Shown one piece after another: positions 25,956-40,004 of a DNA stretch of 64,000 bases; position 1 is the first letter of the stretch; the number at the start of each line of letters is the position of its first letter. The stretch is from Octopus sinensis (taxonomy: Eukaryota), in assembly GCF_006345805.1 (NCBI RefSeq), contig NC_043007.1, positions 45,818,001 through 45,882,000 of the forward strand, written 5' to 3'. The notes under the pieces are model-generated. The model did no database searches and had not been told where the DNA came from. It worked only from the letters and a program-made list of their open reading frames with translations. Made by a program: the position numbers and the translations under genes.

Positions 25956-27667
25956 ATATATTGAATTTTACCATTTCGGTATTATTTTGGTTGGACATCT
26001 AGACACCCTTGGAAAACCTATTGCAGGGCCCCGAGAAAACATAATAGTGAAACGCATGTAAGCAATATAATATAAACCCTCGTTTATCCTTATTTCTTCT
26101 ATATATAAATATACGTATTTACAAATACGTATTTACAAATACGTATATGAGTTTATATATAAATATGTGCATAGTGAAGATTGTGTCAGTGTTGGATGAC
26201 CCCAAATGCATGTTTTGCGTGTTATATCATGACGTAATTAGAATAGTTTTTGAAAGTGAAAGTACGTCTTGATATCAACAGAGGATTTACCGAATTCGCG
26301 TAAAAAATCCCACACGGATCAAAGTACAATTTATAGCACTTCATATGAAATTGTGAAATGAAAGCTCTGTCTGTCTCTCTCTCTCGCTCTCTCATCCCTC
26401 TCTATCTTTTCACCTTCTCGTTTAGCCCATGTCTCTCTTCTGCAACTCTTTTGCCAATAACCTCTTGCTATCAGCGCTAAACCAAGTTTGCTATCAGCTC
26501 TGACTAAAGTTCTATAGTTAATAAATATGTCATATCTTCTATATTCGTTGAATACAATCATCCTCAAGCGGTCCGTTCACTGAGCATCTATAGACTAAAA
26601 TTCAAATCATATTTCAGTGATTGCAAGCATAATCTATTTCATTCAACATTACATAAACTTTGAGATTAAATGGATCAGAAGCACGATGCTTATTTTGTTA
26701 ACAGAGGTAATACCTACAACTACTACTGCGGTACATCACACACTGATGGCTTCGCTGCTGTTGTCGTTCTGGTATATTTTATAAATTCTCTGTTATCTCT
26801 ATTTCCCTAGAATTCCTCAAAGATAAAAACGATGGATTATTGCAGATAGCCAAAGTTTAAAGAAGAAACTTATGGAGAGAATACTTAATCTGCAATCCAA
26901 GAAAGCCAGTAAATATTATGAGAGCTTGTAGGTTGATGTATTAGATGGGTGTCAATGAAGTGAATTCGATCAGAATGGATGAGATTACGACTATGATATA
27001 TTCGACTGAGAGAAGAAACAGAGCATCGTTTTGTTAGTAGTTGTAGTTGTAAAATGTTCAGGAAGCAATAGCTGGCAATCAGCGCTGAACATATATGATG
27101 TAAGCTCTAGAGTATTCATGAACATAGCATAAACTAGGTCCCACATAGAAAAATTCCCCAACGGCGACCATTTTTGACGTTGTAGAGTATCAACATTGAA
27201 TTAAATTCTGCTCCCAATGATGTGCTTGGGAAAGAGTTTTCGGTAGTGTTCCATATGTAAAATGGCCAAGAGTTATCATTATAGACGGTGAGGCCTAGCG
27301 TCCATAGCAGTTTAAGAGCTTTACATATACATTATATATGTTAAAGAAAAGTGTTGTGCAAGACAATTTCATTCATGTATAGAAAAAGACATTAAAATAT
27401 TGTAAATGGTGCTTAAATACAAAAGACAACAGAGGATCAATAAACAGTAAAACTATAGGCATAACGACGAGGTACTTAAAAATAAGCCATATAGGTTGTA
27501 ATTGTTGAATAGAAAGGGCTTACGAAATATAAATGGGCATTGCTGTATGCTACATTTAATAAAATACCCGTCAAGCTTTTAGATGTGATATCGTAAAAAT
27601 ACAGTAAATATAAGATCCAAGGGATGAGAGGTACAGTGTTGTAATGAGTGGCTAAATTCTCTTGTAG

Positions 27668-27716
27668 GATGACCGGCAAAATGTTGAACGATGCATTGCT
27701 AATGGCAGAGATAAGA
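27668..27716 (+). CDS. Possible small host exon (49 nt)
   Basis: Acceptor attctcttgtag, donor AGA|gtaatt; two frames open (MTGKMLNDALLMAEIR or DDRQNVERCIANGRDK). Confidence 0.3.
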
Positions 27717-27821
27717 GTAATTTAGCACGTCATCAAAGCAACTAATATCTTCAAGAAGCGAATCTATCAATCGATCGATCGATCTGTCTATTTCATTCTC
27801 ACTTTATCTCTCTCTCATGTG

Positions 27822-27899
<78 letters not shown>

Positions 27900-28271
27900 T
27901 GTGTCTGTGCGTGTATAGAATATTTATACATACATATCTATATATAAGCATTTATGTGCGTTTATATATATATATAAGGCCTCTCACTACGTTGGTAACG
28001 ACGAAGACTCTTCCGTTTGATCCCATCAACGGAACAGCCTGCACGTATTCGTTGTCTAAGTTTTTCAGTGTCTCAGTAAATATGCATTGATTCATGGACT
28101 TTGAAGGTAAGTTGTGTCGGATTTGATTGTAAGAATGCTTTTTAAAAATGACTGACAACTGATTCAGAAGCTTTGAAAGCATTCTTGACAAATTAAGATT
28201 GTTACCTAGATATTATCTTTCTATCCACCTGTCTGTATGTTTATTTGTGTGTGTGTGTCTCTCTGCTTGTG

Positions 28272-28301
28272 TCTATCTACCTGTCTATCTACCTGTCTAT
28301 A

Positions 28302-28394
<93 letters not shown>

Positions 28395-28452
28395 CTCTAT
28401 CTCTCTATCTTTCTATCTCTCTATCTATCTGTCTCTCTATCTCTCTATCTAT
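28272..28452. repeat. (TCTA)n / (TC)n microsatellite
   Basis: Directly visible. Confidence 0.97.
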
Positions 28453-29396
28453 TTCCCATGACACACACACACACACTCACATACTCACACACACACACAC
28501 GCTGCTGTATATATGTGGTATGTGCGCTCTATTACAAATAATTAACGGCCATAAATAGTTTCTTTATGCCGAACCGCATCTACGCTGTTCTGGCTTTTAT
28601 TGTATTCGTCTCAATACCTCTTTATCAGTTAATCGACAGTATCCATTATAACGGGTTAAGTCATTGTACTAATCCACGGTTCATTTACCTACACAGGATA
28701 TCATGGTGTAATAAATAAATATATGAATCGAACCCCTATGCTTTGTGTATGTCCGTTGAAACATCTACTTATGTGAGAGTGAGTGTGAGTGATTGTACAT
28801 GTAAGTGTGTGTGTGTGTGTGCGTGTACCTTCATGTGTCAGTATCCTTGCGTAATATAATTTGCATTCCATCATCTGGCAGACAACGTTAGAATGTGCAC
28901 AGGTAATGCTGCCGATACACGTACACACACATAAGATGTGTCGATAGAGTAACAGACATGCTCATTTGCGACAATGATGAACAGCAATGGGCGGCTGAGA
29001 GAAAATACGGTTCATGTAAAAGCAATTGCAAATATTAGGTCACTTGTGGGACTTCAACCGTCACTGTATTATTTATAATCAGTGTGACATGTGGTGGAGT
29101 CCCGATTCTGCCATATTGTTCTATCGTAGACGAAGCCGAATGATATTCTGAAAGAGAAAGGGAGCGTAAGAATGGACATAGGAATTAGCACTAGTTGACT
29201 ACCAACACAAAACTTCCACGAAAATTATACATGTCGTAGCGTTTAAATTTCCAGCAGAAAATGAAGGAAAATTTCAAAAACGCTAGCAGAGAATGAAGGG
29301 AAATATCATATTGATGTTATTAAATAGAAAATTATTTTTCGTACAAAGAAAACCGATATAAACTGACTGTATACAATTTACCGTTAAGATAAATTA

Positions 29397-29630
29397 AAGG
29401 CGGTGAGCTGTTAGAAACGTTAGCACGCCGGGAGAAATGCTTAACGGTATTTCGTCCGTCCTTACGTTCTTAGTTCAAATTCTGCCGAAGTCGACTTTGC
29501 CTTTCATATTTCGTGGTCGATAAATTAAGTACCAGTAACGCACTGGGGTCGATGCAATCGACTTAATCCGTTTGTCTGTCCTTGTTTGTTACCTCTATGT
29601 TTAGCCCCTTGTGTGCAATAAAGAAATAAG
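29397..29630 (+). mobile_element. SINE family B, well preserved
   Basis: aaggcggtgagctgttagaaacgttagcacgccggg...gtttagccccttgtgtgcaataaagaaata. Confidence 0.9.
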
Positions 29631-29804
29631 AAGTGAAACCAATGTCAAGTGTAACGTTCCCTACCTGAGAATCGAAACACTTTGTTCAAAATATGCACAG
29701 GAAGTTTTGTAGTCTTCTGCTCTCAAATTTCTACGCACGGTTTTTGTTATCTTTATACGAAGTTATAGATGCAAGCACGGCAGTGTGGTAAGAAGCTTGC
29801 TTCC

Positions 29805-32149
29805 GGTTCCGGTCGTTAGTTGTTCTTCACTCGCTGTTGAAGTCGCGACGCTGATTTGCAGCTGGCGAAAATTGAACTGAAGTCACCACGCTGGTGTGCA
29901 GCTGGTGAATTAAAAGACGCTCTACTGTAAGGTAAGACTTTTTGCTTCTTGAGTCCAGTAGGATTTGTTGCTTGTAGGTTTTATTTTTTGTACTAGCAAG
30001 GAGTCCTTACTGGATTCAGAGTTTTTATCTGCCTTGCAGTGGAGATATGTGTTTTCTCACGTAATTGTGAGAAATTATTTTTTACCTGTGGATTATACAG
30101 AGGCCTAGAGTACCTTTCGGCCGAAGAAAAAAAGAAAATTATTGAAAATTTTATTCTCTGTGGATTATTGGCCAGGAGTACTTTCGGCCGAAAATTGCTT
30201 TCTTTGCTATCATTTGAACTCTTCTTCGTGTCTATCATTTGGTTCGGAACAAAAACTTTATTGCACTGTTATTTTATTTTTTTCTTCCCTTCTGTTGTGT
30301 CTTCTTTCTTTTTTTTATATCTTTCTTCATTTTTAAATCTATTGTGAACTTTGTTTGAACTTTTTACACATGGCAAGGAAGAATGAAGCCACTGCCTTGG
30401 AGTGGGAGATTATACCGCCTAAAAAGTGGTTAAAAGACCGTGAAGATAGGACAGTGGTGTTGAGAACCTACTCCAAGTCACTCGACACCATCGCCCTATT
30501 CGAAAAAACGGCAATTGAAAAGGAGTTGGCAGAGTATTTGCCAACAATTAAATTCATTTCCAGGGGTGTCAGATATGCAACGGTGTGGTTGCTTTTTGAT
30601 ACCCCTCAAGAGGCTCGCAAATTTGCTAGTGAACCCTTGGAAGGTGAGGAAATTTTATTTCTTCCCACGTATCATGGGAAGAGGTTGACGAAAGCTTGGA
30701 TCTGCGAGCTGCCACCCGGGATAAAACCCGAGTGGATAGAGGAGACTATCCGCCGGGGTCTGGGTAGCAGCGGGACCAAGCTTCTTAATGTGAAAGTTCT
30801 TCCTGCGGCTGTTTGGGTTGGGTCAAAAGCAATGTTGACCCTTTGGACCCAATCAGCCAATCTGGTTTTTCCAGATTTTTTTAAAATGGCCGGGTGCAGG
30901 TACCCGGTGATACTTGAGGGTCGCCCCCAGGTGTCATCGGTGCTTGGAGTCCGGTCATATAAAGAAAAACTGTCCCTGGGAACAAAATAAGGTCCCGGAG
31001 CAGTCAAGTGAGGCCCCTGTAGAAGAGGGAATGAAGACGGCCGAGGAAGCGGAGGACTCCTCAAACTGGGGCCGAAAGAGGAAGAAGGTGAGCAACAATG
31101 GGTGCTCACAGAAGGATCCTAGGGATGAGGAGGGGAAGGCGAATCTTCCGGCCACGGAGGAGACGCACCCTCCCTCAGTTGAAAAGAAAAAAAAGAGGAA
31201 GAGGAAGAGAAACGGGACATTGCCGGCAGTCGGTGACATAGTAACGGAATGTCCCGGAACTACGTCGGTTGGGGTTGTGCCACCGGCAGGAGAAGAAACA
31301 CCGCTGGCGGGAACTGTGCCGCCAATGAAGGAATTGGATATCCCGCCCCCGGGAAAAGACGATGTATTAATCTTCTTCCATAGAGGCGGAGAGATTGAAA
31401 AGGTGATAGAAAAGCACCATAAGGGAGCACCTTTAGCCTTCACACAGGACTCCGAATGGCCTCCGCAGATAGCTGTGGAGGCCATGACGTTCGACGTGAC
31501 GTTTGGGCTGAAGGAGCTCAATGAGGGATATCGCTTGTACCCGGGCAATGCTGACACGGAAATCGATTCGGTTTTGGAGAAGGCGTGGAGGATGGCAGAG
31601 GATACGGGCACAAGTTATTTTGAGGATGAGTCATAAATTGTGGAACTGTGTGACACAAACATTTGATAATAGGCACTTCGCTTTCTTTCTGAACTCCCCG
31701 GCTGTCAACGTGGTCTGCTCTGCAGGCGGCTAGATATTTGACTGGAGGTCTGGAAAGAGGAGGAAGGGAATAGTGATAATGTATTTTTTATGTGATACGA
31801 CTTGAGGGGCCCCGACCTAGAGCTGGCGCATTCCTAAGGGAAGTGTAAGCCAGGTCTGGGAGGAGGGGCTTTATGTATTGTATTTATATTATACGTAATT
31901 ATTGAACTATGTTGTTGTTTGTAATGGACTGTTAAGTCCAAAAATTGAAAAGTTGTAAAAGTTGTAAGAGGTTTAATACCTCGTTTTGTGTTTGGTTTTA
32001 AAGAACAATGTTTTAAAGAAGCAGAAGTCGGCGGGCACTTTTTGTCTACTCCCATCCTTATCATCTCCCATTATCATTCATTTCATTAATGTCCTCGTCA
32101 AAAGCTACTTTACTCTATGTACTGCCTTTATGGCAAATGTAATGAAATA
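29805..32149 (+). mobile_element. ORF1-only (HAL1-like) non-autonomous non-LTR retroelement with 15-bp TSD
   Basis: TSD AAGAAGCTTGCTTCC at 29790-29804 and 32150-32164; ~565-bp 5' UTR, one gag-like ORF, ~510-bp 3' UTR ending at an AATAAA-like junction; no RT or endonuclease sequence seen. Confidence 0.8.
30370..31636 (+). pseudogene. L1/Tx1-type ORF1-like protein with CCHC zinc knuckle; one frameshift in C-run 30924-30928
   Basis: Joining frames gives ~421 aa: MARKNEAT...ILEGRP|RCHRCLESGHIKKNCP (CX2CX4HX4C), then basic KRKK and KKKKRKRKR stretches. Confidence 0.8.
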
Positions 32150-34065
32150 AAGAAGCTTGCTTCCCAACCACGTCACTCCGGATTCCATCCAACTGCGTGA
32201 CACCTGTGGCAGGTGCCTTCTACTGTAGACTTGACCAACCAAAGCCTTGTGAGTGGAAACTGAAAGAAGTCCGTTGTATACGATATATATGAGATGTATA
32301 TATATATATATATATATATGCGCGCGCGTGTGCATGAGTGTGTTTCTCTTTTTGGCTGTGTTTTCCCCCACCATTGCTTGACAACCGGTGAGAGTGTGTT
32401 TACTTCGGCGTAACTTACTGGTTCGGCAAAAGTGACCGTTAGAATAAGTATCGGGCTTAAAAAGGAATATATACTGGGGAGTATTCATTCGACTAAATAT
32501 GCTACAAGGCGGTGCTCAAGCATGGCCGCATCCTAATGACTGAAATAAGTAAATGATAAAAAAGAACCAATGCAGAGCTCATTAGCTAGTAATCTTTTGA
32601 TTAGAAAGTCTGTGATAAATATTCATGCTACTGTATGGGAATATAAATCTGCAGAACAACCTAACATATAACTTCAGAAATTTTATATTGTATCGAAGTT
32701 TATCGATTTGAAATATGTTATTTAGTGGCAGCAATTAAGAGCTAGGCTGAGAGGGATGTAGACTGTGTAATATTTTGGTCATCGTTTTAGAATTTTAGAC
32801 ATAGTACCACTGACAAGATACGGAAATTCTACCTCGTTTGTTTGTCTAGTATTCTTTCAATTGTTGCTTTACACAACTAAGTAGCTTTATTAAATGCTTT
32901 AATCATAGTAATTATGACTGTTGTCAACTAGTAATCAGTAAATTTCAGTAAATCTAATCAGTAAGTCGATTATCCTGAAGCAAGTAATGTAAAACATACT
33001 GCCCAAGGAAAAGGCAATATTTATTAATGGGATAAGAGTATAGTTTAAAACCGGCAAACTACCAAATTTACATTATATCGTCTGTGAGACTACGTACATT
33101 CAAATTCTATTGTGTTCAGAAGAGAGTGAATGGTGAATTCTGCTGTTATATAATTACATCAATAAATCAAACGAAATTAGAATAGTTTCAACCGTGATTT
33201 CTAATATGTAAAATAGCGCTTTAGGTGAATCGAGTAATCGGCTACTAAATAGAATCGCTACTTTCGTAATACAACCTATCAGATTTGATCATTTTAACAT
33301 TATATATAAATTTGGCAATGAAGATATAACACAACTGTGCATGCCTAAACTTAGCGGAAAGATAAAGTGCGCATCTGTAAATAAGATTATGAAAATGAAA
33401 TATCATTGAATATTAATTTAGGATTCTTCAGATAGTTAAACTTTAAATGAAATTAATATCATATCTGTTAGAGTGGGCAAAAAAGCGTTTGCTCGAGGGT
33501 TATGTGTGATGTGTTGTAAAATTACCTGCTACATATCATTGGCATCTATCGCTTGGCAGTGTGGATAATTAATATGAATGTACTTAGCGGTCGTTACTGC
33601 TATCACAAATAATAATTTATTGAGTGTTCCTGAACGGTCTCTTCCATGCACTATTTATACGCTTTCGTACGCAATCACCATCAACCTTGCTCTGACAGCC
33701 ATGGTGTCTCAGTTTCTATAAAGTTTTTCAGTTTTACAAGTTTTGCCAATTCCATTTATTTTAAATTCAAGAACAGAAACCTAAACTTTGCCAACCATGG
33801 CAACTTTACAGAAATGTATAACCTGATCAATTGTATGAATAATTATCACTGACAAAAATGTTATTATGAAATTAGTTTCTTCAGTACTTCCATATTTTCA
33901 CTGCAACGATTATATTTCGAATACTCGTTGGGTAATACATACACACATACGTTTTCAGGTCTGAGCATGTATGCATGTGTGTGTGTGAGAGAGAGCGCGA
34001 GAGGGAAATACATGTAAACAAGTACGTCCTTATGGATCATAGCATCGAAAAACTGCATACAATAT

Positions 34066-34237
34066 TGATTTAAAATTTTGGCTGAAGGCTAGTAATTTGG
34101 AGGGTCTAGTACTGATTTCCTCGACCTCGAAAGGCAAAGTCTACCTAGGTGGGATATGGACTCAGAACGTAAGGACGGATGAAATGGCACTAATCATTTT
34201 GCCTGGCGTACTAAAGATTCTGCCAGCTCGTCGCTTT
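34066..34237 (-). mobile_element. SINE family B with 16-bp TSD
   Basis: AAACTGCATACAATAT at 34050-34065 and 34238-34253. Confidence 0.85.
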
Positions 34238-34264
34238 AAACTGCATACAATATAAAGTGTGTTC

Positions 34265-34670
34265 AGGGCGGCGAGTTGGCAGAACAGTTAGCACACCGGG
34301 CAGAATCTTTAGTTGTATTTTGTCTGTCTGTACGTTGAGTACCACCGAACTCTACGTTGCGTTACATTCTCTCGGTGTCGATAAAATACCAGCTGATAAC
34401 TGGAGTCGATGCTGGTCTTCTGCAACGAAAGTTAAACCAATATTAAATGTGTTCAAGGTGGTGAGCTGGCAAAATCGTTTGCACGACGGACAAAATGCTT
34501 AGCGGCATTTAGTCCATCTTTACGCTGCGAGTACAGATTCAGCCCACGTCAACTTTACTTTCATTATTTCGGTATTGATAACATGAACACCATTTGAGCA
34601 CCGGTGTTAATCTAATCTACGTACTCCCTTCCTCGAAACTGATGGCATTGCGCCAAATTTGAAATCAATA
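34265..34670 (+). mobile_element. Two adjacent SINE family B copies (34265-34410, 34455-34670)
   Basis: Both begin gg(c/t)g(g)cgag(c/t)tggca(g/a)aa and carry the family B body. Confidence 0.8.
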
Positions 34671-37647
34671 TTGTAAACTTTTTTTTAGAATAACGGAAAT
34701 TTGATTATTTATAATCGGCTGAAGTCGAGATTTCTAGTTCCAGGTTTTAGATTTCACAAAATGCTACGTATCTTTTTCCCTCGCATTGTGAAGTTTCCGA
34801 TTGTATTTAATTGGAAGCTCTTCATGTTCTGAGTTCACATTTAGCTGGTGTTAACTTCAACATCTCCCTTCTATTCTCGATAAAATAAATATGGTGGATT
34901 TAATGAAATATACCCTGTGTTGTGTAACCTTGTGTCACTCGTAAAATTTAACGTTATATTACATTGGTTAACTCCACATATCAATAGGGTGGTGTTCATA
35001 TTTCAATAGGAAGATAATTAAAATAAGTGATTTTTCTTAAATGAGAATAAAACTTCTATAGCTTTAACAATAAAACCCTTTAGTATTATTAAAGGGTCAG
35101 ATACTTTTGGTAAGGAAATCATGTAATCGAAGTCCATGTCAACTGGTACTTGCTATATTACTTCAAAACATAGAGAAGGCAGAATGGTACACGGCACAAT
35201 TTGAATAGGAAACTTAAATAGTGTATGGCATGTTGTACGACACTATAAATGTCTGCCTATCTATCGCTCCCTGTGCACCAACCAAAAGATCAAAAGCTAG
35301 AATAAAGGTTGAATATGTGATATGTTTGAATTATACTATTAAGGATTCTGATTTCATGAGTTTGAATGTATGCAACAGTAATGTATTTAGCTTTGGCTGA
35401 CTGTTCTGTTTTGTACAGCCAAACTAAACATCATAAATGACATGCGTCTACCTGCTAGGAGCCACTATATGCCATTTGTGATGTAATCATACAGGGTTCA
35501 GTTTTTATGCTACTGCTCTGTATCTTTATTAAATCTGATCGATTCTGATAGTAGCTACAGGTGAAGAAGTCAATGTGAATATATTTTGTTCTTATGCCTG
35601 GTAACGTGCATCCTAGGAAACTTTTGCGTCGGTGTATATAATAACAATAAAAACGTATTGTTATGATTGTACTATGTTTGTTTTCTGAGGTGAATGAAAA
35701 GTGCATTTATTTAGAGACAGATTCACGGAAATTGATTTTCTATTCCTGTAAATCACAAAACATTCACAAATTTTTTTGGAAAATGACGTCTTGATCCCAC
35801 TATTTTAGTTTGAGAAAGATTCGGGGTGAAAGTACGATCGACTGTTTATAAATCTTGAGACGTTGTTTCTAACGGTATTATGGAATACACACCCCATATT
35901 TTCTCTTTTACTTGATGCTATTGACGACTATGCTGATATTGCTGCTGCTGCTACTACTGGAGATGATGCAAATATAATAATGTTATCGAATTATAATAAT
36001 AGACTTGAATAATTTTTCTGTGTTTTAGTAAGGTGAGGAATCGGAGAATCATTGAAGTATCGGATATAGAATGGTTTGGCAGTAGGTATTCTGTGTCTGT
36101 CTATGGCCGGTGTTCCGTCTCTTTAATGCTTTGAGTTCAAATTCTCCCTATCACGGCATGGTTATTGGGGAGAAAATATTCGGCCTAACGTTCAACCACC
36201 TCTATTATCATAGCGAGGAATACACCAACTGGAGCAACAAAGAATTAACGCATACAAGACAAGACACACGCTTGGATATACTTATTTTTCTTTCAATATG
36301 TATTCCATCCATTGTTGTCCTTCCATAAATTATTCTATGGACTATGTAATTTGTATCTCTGTTCGTACGGTGACCTATGTAGGCAGGGAATTGTATGATT
36401 TGTTACAATCTATTCCTTTCTTTGCCTGTGTGCACAAAAGATGTGAATGCATCACAAAGGAAATATTTTTGCTGTGTTAGGGTTGAAGGTGAACGCATGT
36501 AAATTGCTGATTTTGTGGCCCTTTTTCATTTTATTTACGACAATTAAATGCCACCATAGCCTTGTTGTAGTAACTGACAATATAATCATTATTATTCTCA
36601 AAAGGAAGAGAGAGAAGAAGACATGAAGGGACCGAAAGTGCTTACTCGTGTGTCAGAGCGTTTATGTGAGTGACTTTTCCATCTATAAAGCTTTGAAGTT
36701 CGATTTTCCCGTTTCTTTTATTGCAAGGGATATACTATATCAATCATAATGCATTTCTTTTTATGGTCGCTAATAACTTTGTCCGATATATGGCAGACAT
36801 TAGAAATGCTTGTATATAAAGACACGAATCAGTGTTCGCCGTTGCACATAATCTATATCTTATTGAGAATTATACCGGAAGGTGGATGTGTCTGAGTGTC
36901 AACAGTGTTCTGTTCATGTTCAAGATGTTGTGAATTTCTTTTTCCTGGATCAAGTGGCGAGTTGTGTCATTAAGAAATGCAGATACATTTCACGTTGATC
37001 CCGTCTACTCAAGTGGAGTGCTTACCAGCTGACTGTTAGTGCAGCCCCCTCTCACTTTATCAGTCACATCCTCGTTTCAGTTGACGCTAGCGTATGATGG
37101 CCGAGACAGCGTCTAATTATTTGCTGATTACTACATAAAACAATTAGCAAATCATGTCTTAAGCGAGTTGTACTCACTTTAGAATGAAATCATTAGTTTT
37201 GTTGTTTACAGAATTACAATCTCATTTTCAAACTTGTATTAAAACATTTTCATTCTACAAAATACTAGACATATAAACATTATAACACCAGACATCGCTA
37301 GCTTTAATATTTATCAGTAGAATTAATTTTACAGACAAAAATAATGAGCATCCAATCGAAATATTCCTGACTGTCTCTCATATATTTTAAATTCGAAACT
37401 ATTTATTTTAATTAAGTAACTTTTGAGATAAACATATCTACAGCTAACCACATGTTTACATAAAAAATTTAAGATTCTTGTCCTTAGCGGGTTTAAAAAC
37501 TTTACGAATGACATACACTTACTGAAATAATAGCATTTTATCTAAATGCAACACCAATTTTAGTGAAGTTACTGACATCATCATTGACAGGGGGATATGA
37601 CAGAAACAGATTGGTAAATTTTGAGGGCACAATATCTTCCATTGCAG

Positions 37648-37694
37648 GGTATATTTTTTGAACTGGAAGAAAATATCAAAGAAAATGAAGCCAG
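37648..37694 (+). CDS. Possible small host exon (47 nt; GIFFELEENIKENEA or VYFLNWKKISKKMKP)
   Basis: Acceptor tcttccattgcag, donor CAG|gtatgt; two frames open. Confidence 0.35.
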
Positions 37695-39954
37695 GTATGT
37701 TAGGCAAGGTCTTCATACCGGTAGAGTGTAGTATATGCAGAACTCATATCATATTACAGAGGCCCTGTGCAGATGCTCGTAGCAATTGTATCTCTTTCAA
37801 ATCACAAACGGGGAACAGATTGAATTACCTCTTTTGAGATAATCTACTATCCAGGCATACATGACTTAGTTAATAATGTTCATGACCAGATTTTCTTTTT
37901 CTTCATAACTCTGCCGTTCTTTTTCTTTTCGTGTTTTTTTTCAAATGAGAAAATTGAGCTGGCCTAATCGCTAAAACATTGAACTGAAGATATTGTGGCA
38001 TCTACCTAATATTATCTACAATCCCTTTTCAAATGTGGTTCGCGTGGCCTTCGGTTTTTATACTTCTGCAGTCAGCAAAATATAAGTGTAACATGAAATT
38101 CGATTAGCTGATTGGCTAAACTCATCTGTAGGAGGTTTATACCCTTATGGGAAATAATTATTTCTATGAAGGAGGAGAACCGATAACACGGTCGGAGGGC
38201 AATGAAAAAATTATTTTTCCTTATTTAATTACGTCCCTTATATACATAGTTCAAATGAGACCGATGACAACTTTATTTTTCAACGGAAACACATGAAAGA
38301 ATCAACAACTAGAATCAGTTTAATTGACATATACTTCTGTACCTAAACTTTTATGATTGTATTAATATCATACAAATTATAGTTATGTTTACAAACAATA
38401 TTTTGAAATTAAGTACCTTTATCACATTTATACTTTTACAATTATAATAGATTAACACATACTTTAAACATTTATTCTTTATAACCGACCAATGCTTTCA
38501 AAACTAAGTTTACATCCTTCTACTTAGTCATCTTAATTATTTTCTCTTTTGTATAAATATAGATATATAAATGATTGTTGACAAATATAATAACATGAAA
38601 AATATGAGAGGAAATCGTCATATAGTAATAATACTATATCACCTTAACCACTTCAACATTTGTCTTATACAATTGAAACTCTCTTGAAAGTGCAAAAATA
38701 ATTAATGTTTTGATAACATTGTGTCCATTCTAACGAAATTGCTGGAACAATGAAACTAATTAGCAATAACCTGTTCTTTTGTTTTTTTTCTGTTTAATAA
38801 ACCAGACATTATTTGTTTGTTTTTAATTAGCAAGAAATCTTAATTTAAATTAAATGTATGAAATAAATTTCAAGATTATTTCATTCTCAGCAGAATGTCT
38901 GGCGTATGAGAATTTATCACATTTGAAAATCTTCAATCTTGATGACAGGAAATGTATTTGAAACAGAAACGAAATAGAATATCATCGGAGTAAAACCGAC
39001 ATAGATTTGCAAAGAACTACTACTACTACTACTACTACTACTACTGAATACCAACGCCGGAAGCTTATAGTTCACTTTGAAAACGTCGTAAGTGATAGAC
39101 CCTTTATGAAATTGCAGCGAGTAGGATGTATAATTCCATCCAGAGCAATGTGTAGCTGCTGCAGTATAAACATATGTTGGTTATTGTTATATATGCTGTA
39201 GAAAACTTTCCTTATAAAAAGTTTTGGATGTGAATAAATCTCCATTCTCCTCTTGGTTTGGTTTGCAAATAACTACCCAGGGCATCCTGGTCGGAATAAT
39301 AATTTATTCCGCCATTTATCCAGCTGAAAGCAAAACCGTTTGTCAGTTGTTTCATAGGTAGATAACATTTAAATAAGAGATGCTTCTCAAGAAAAAGACA
39401 AAAACACAAGAGATAATCCATGTTACAATAATTCGATGTCAAGCAGATGTAAACCAGATGTTAATGGCTTACTAAGTGTCCGGTTGCCTACTTTTAAATT
39501 CCAACCAGATGTATATTTTGAAAAGTGGACGTAAAGAAAAAATCTCGTCCCTCGAATTTATGTATTCATTGGAGGTTCTCAAGTGTTGTGTAGATACAGC
39601 TTTTTAAACGAATACACTAAACATTTTCTAGATCCGTTGAAATAGGGTTTGGATATAAAGCGGATTCTCCATTTGATGTCTTTAAGTTTCCAACTTAAAT
39701 CCTCTTATCACGGTACCTTATATTCGAAAGATAGTTGTTAATCTATATTCGTTGTTAATCTATATTCTAATCCTCTCTCCATAGCTTCGATATAAAGTTT
39801 GATATACGCACGACCATTGTCATAGGTTGCTGAAACATGTACTTCATAAACAACGAAAGACATATCACACCCTTGTCCTAGAGGATATTTAGATTTCTCT
39901 CTACATGGGAACCCGAGGTACACACACACACACACACATACACACACTCTCCCT

Positions 39955-39989
<35 letters not shown>

Positions 39990-40004
39990 TTTCTCTTTTC
40001 TCGT

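Larger units (their letters stand above)
29771..32560 (+). mobile_element. SINE family A split by a 2.3-kb insertion (halves 29771-29804 and 32150-32560)
   Basis: Head ggcagtgtggtaagaagcttgcttcc resumes as aagaagcttgcttcccaaccac after the insert and runs to the 3' tail. Confidence 0.88.

Noticed and set aside
28974-28998. ATGATGA...CTGA as a C/D snoRNA
   Set aside because: Boxes too close and no terminal stem.
30924-30928. Programmed frameshift in ORF1
   Set aside because: No slippery heptamer or stimulator seen; a homopolymer indel is simpler.
30672-31611. Long minus-strand ORFs (145 and 218 aa)
   Set aside because: Antisense to the ORF1-like gene, no independent motifs.
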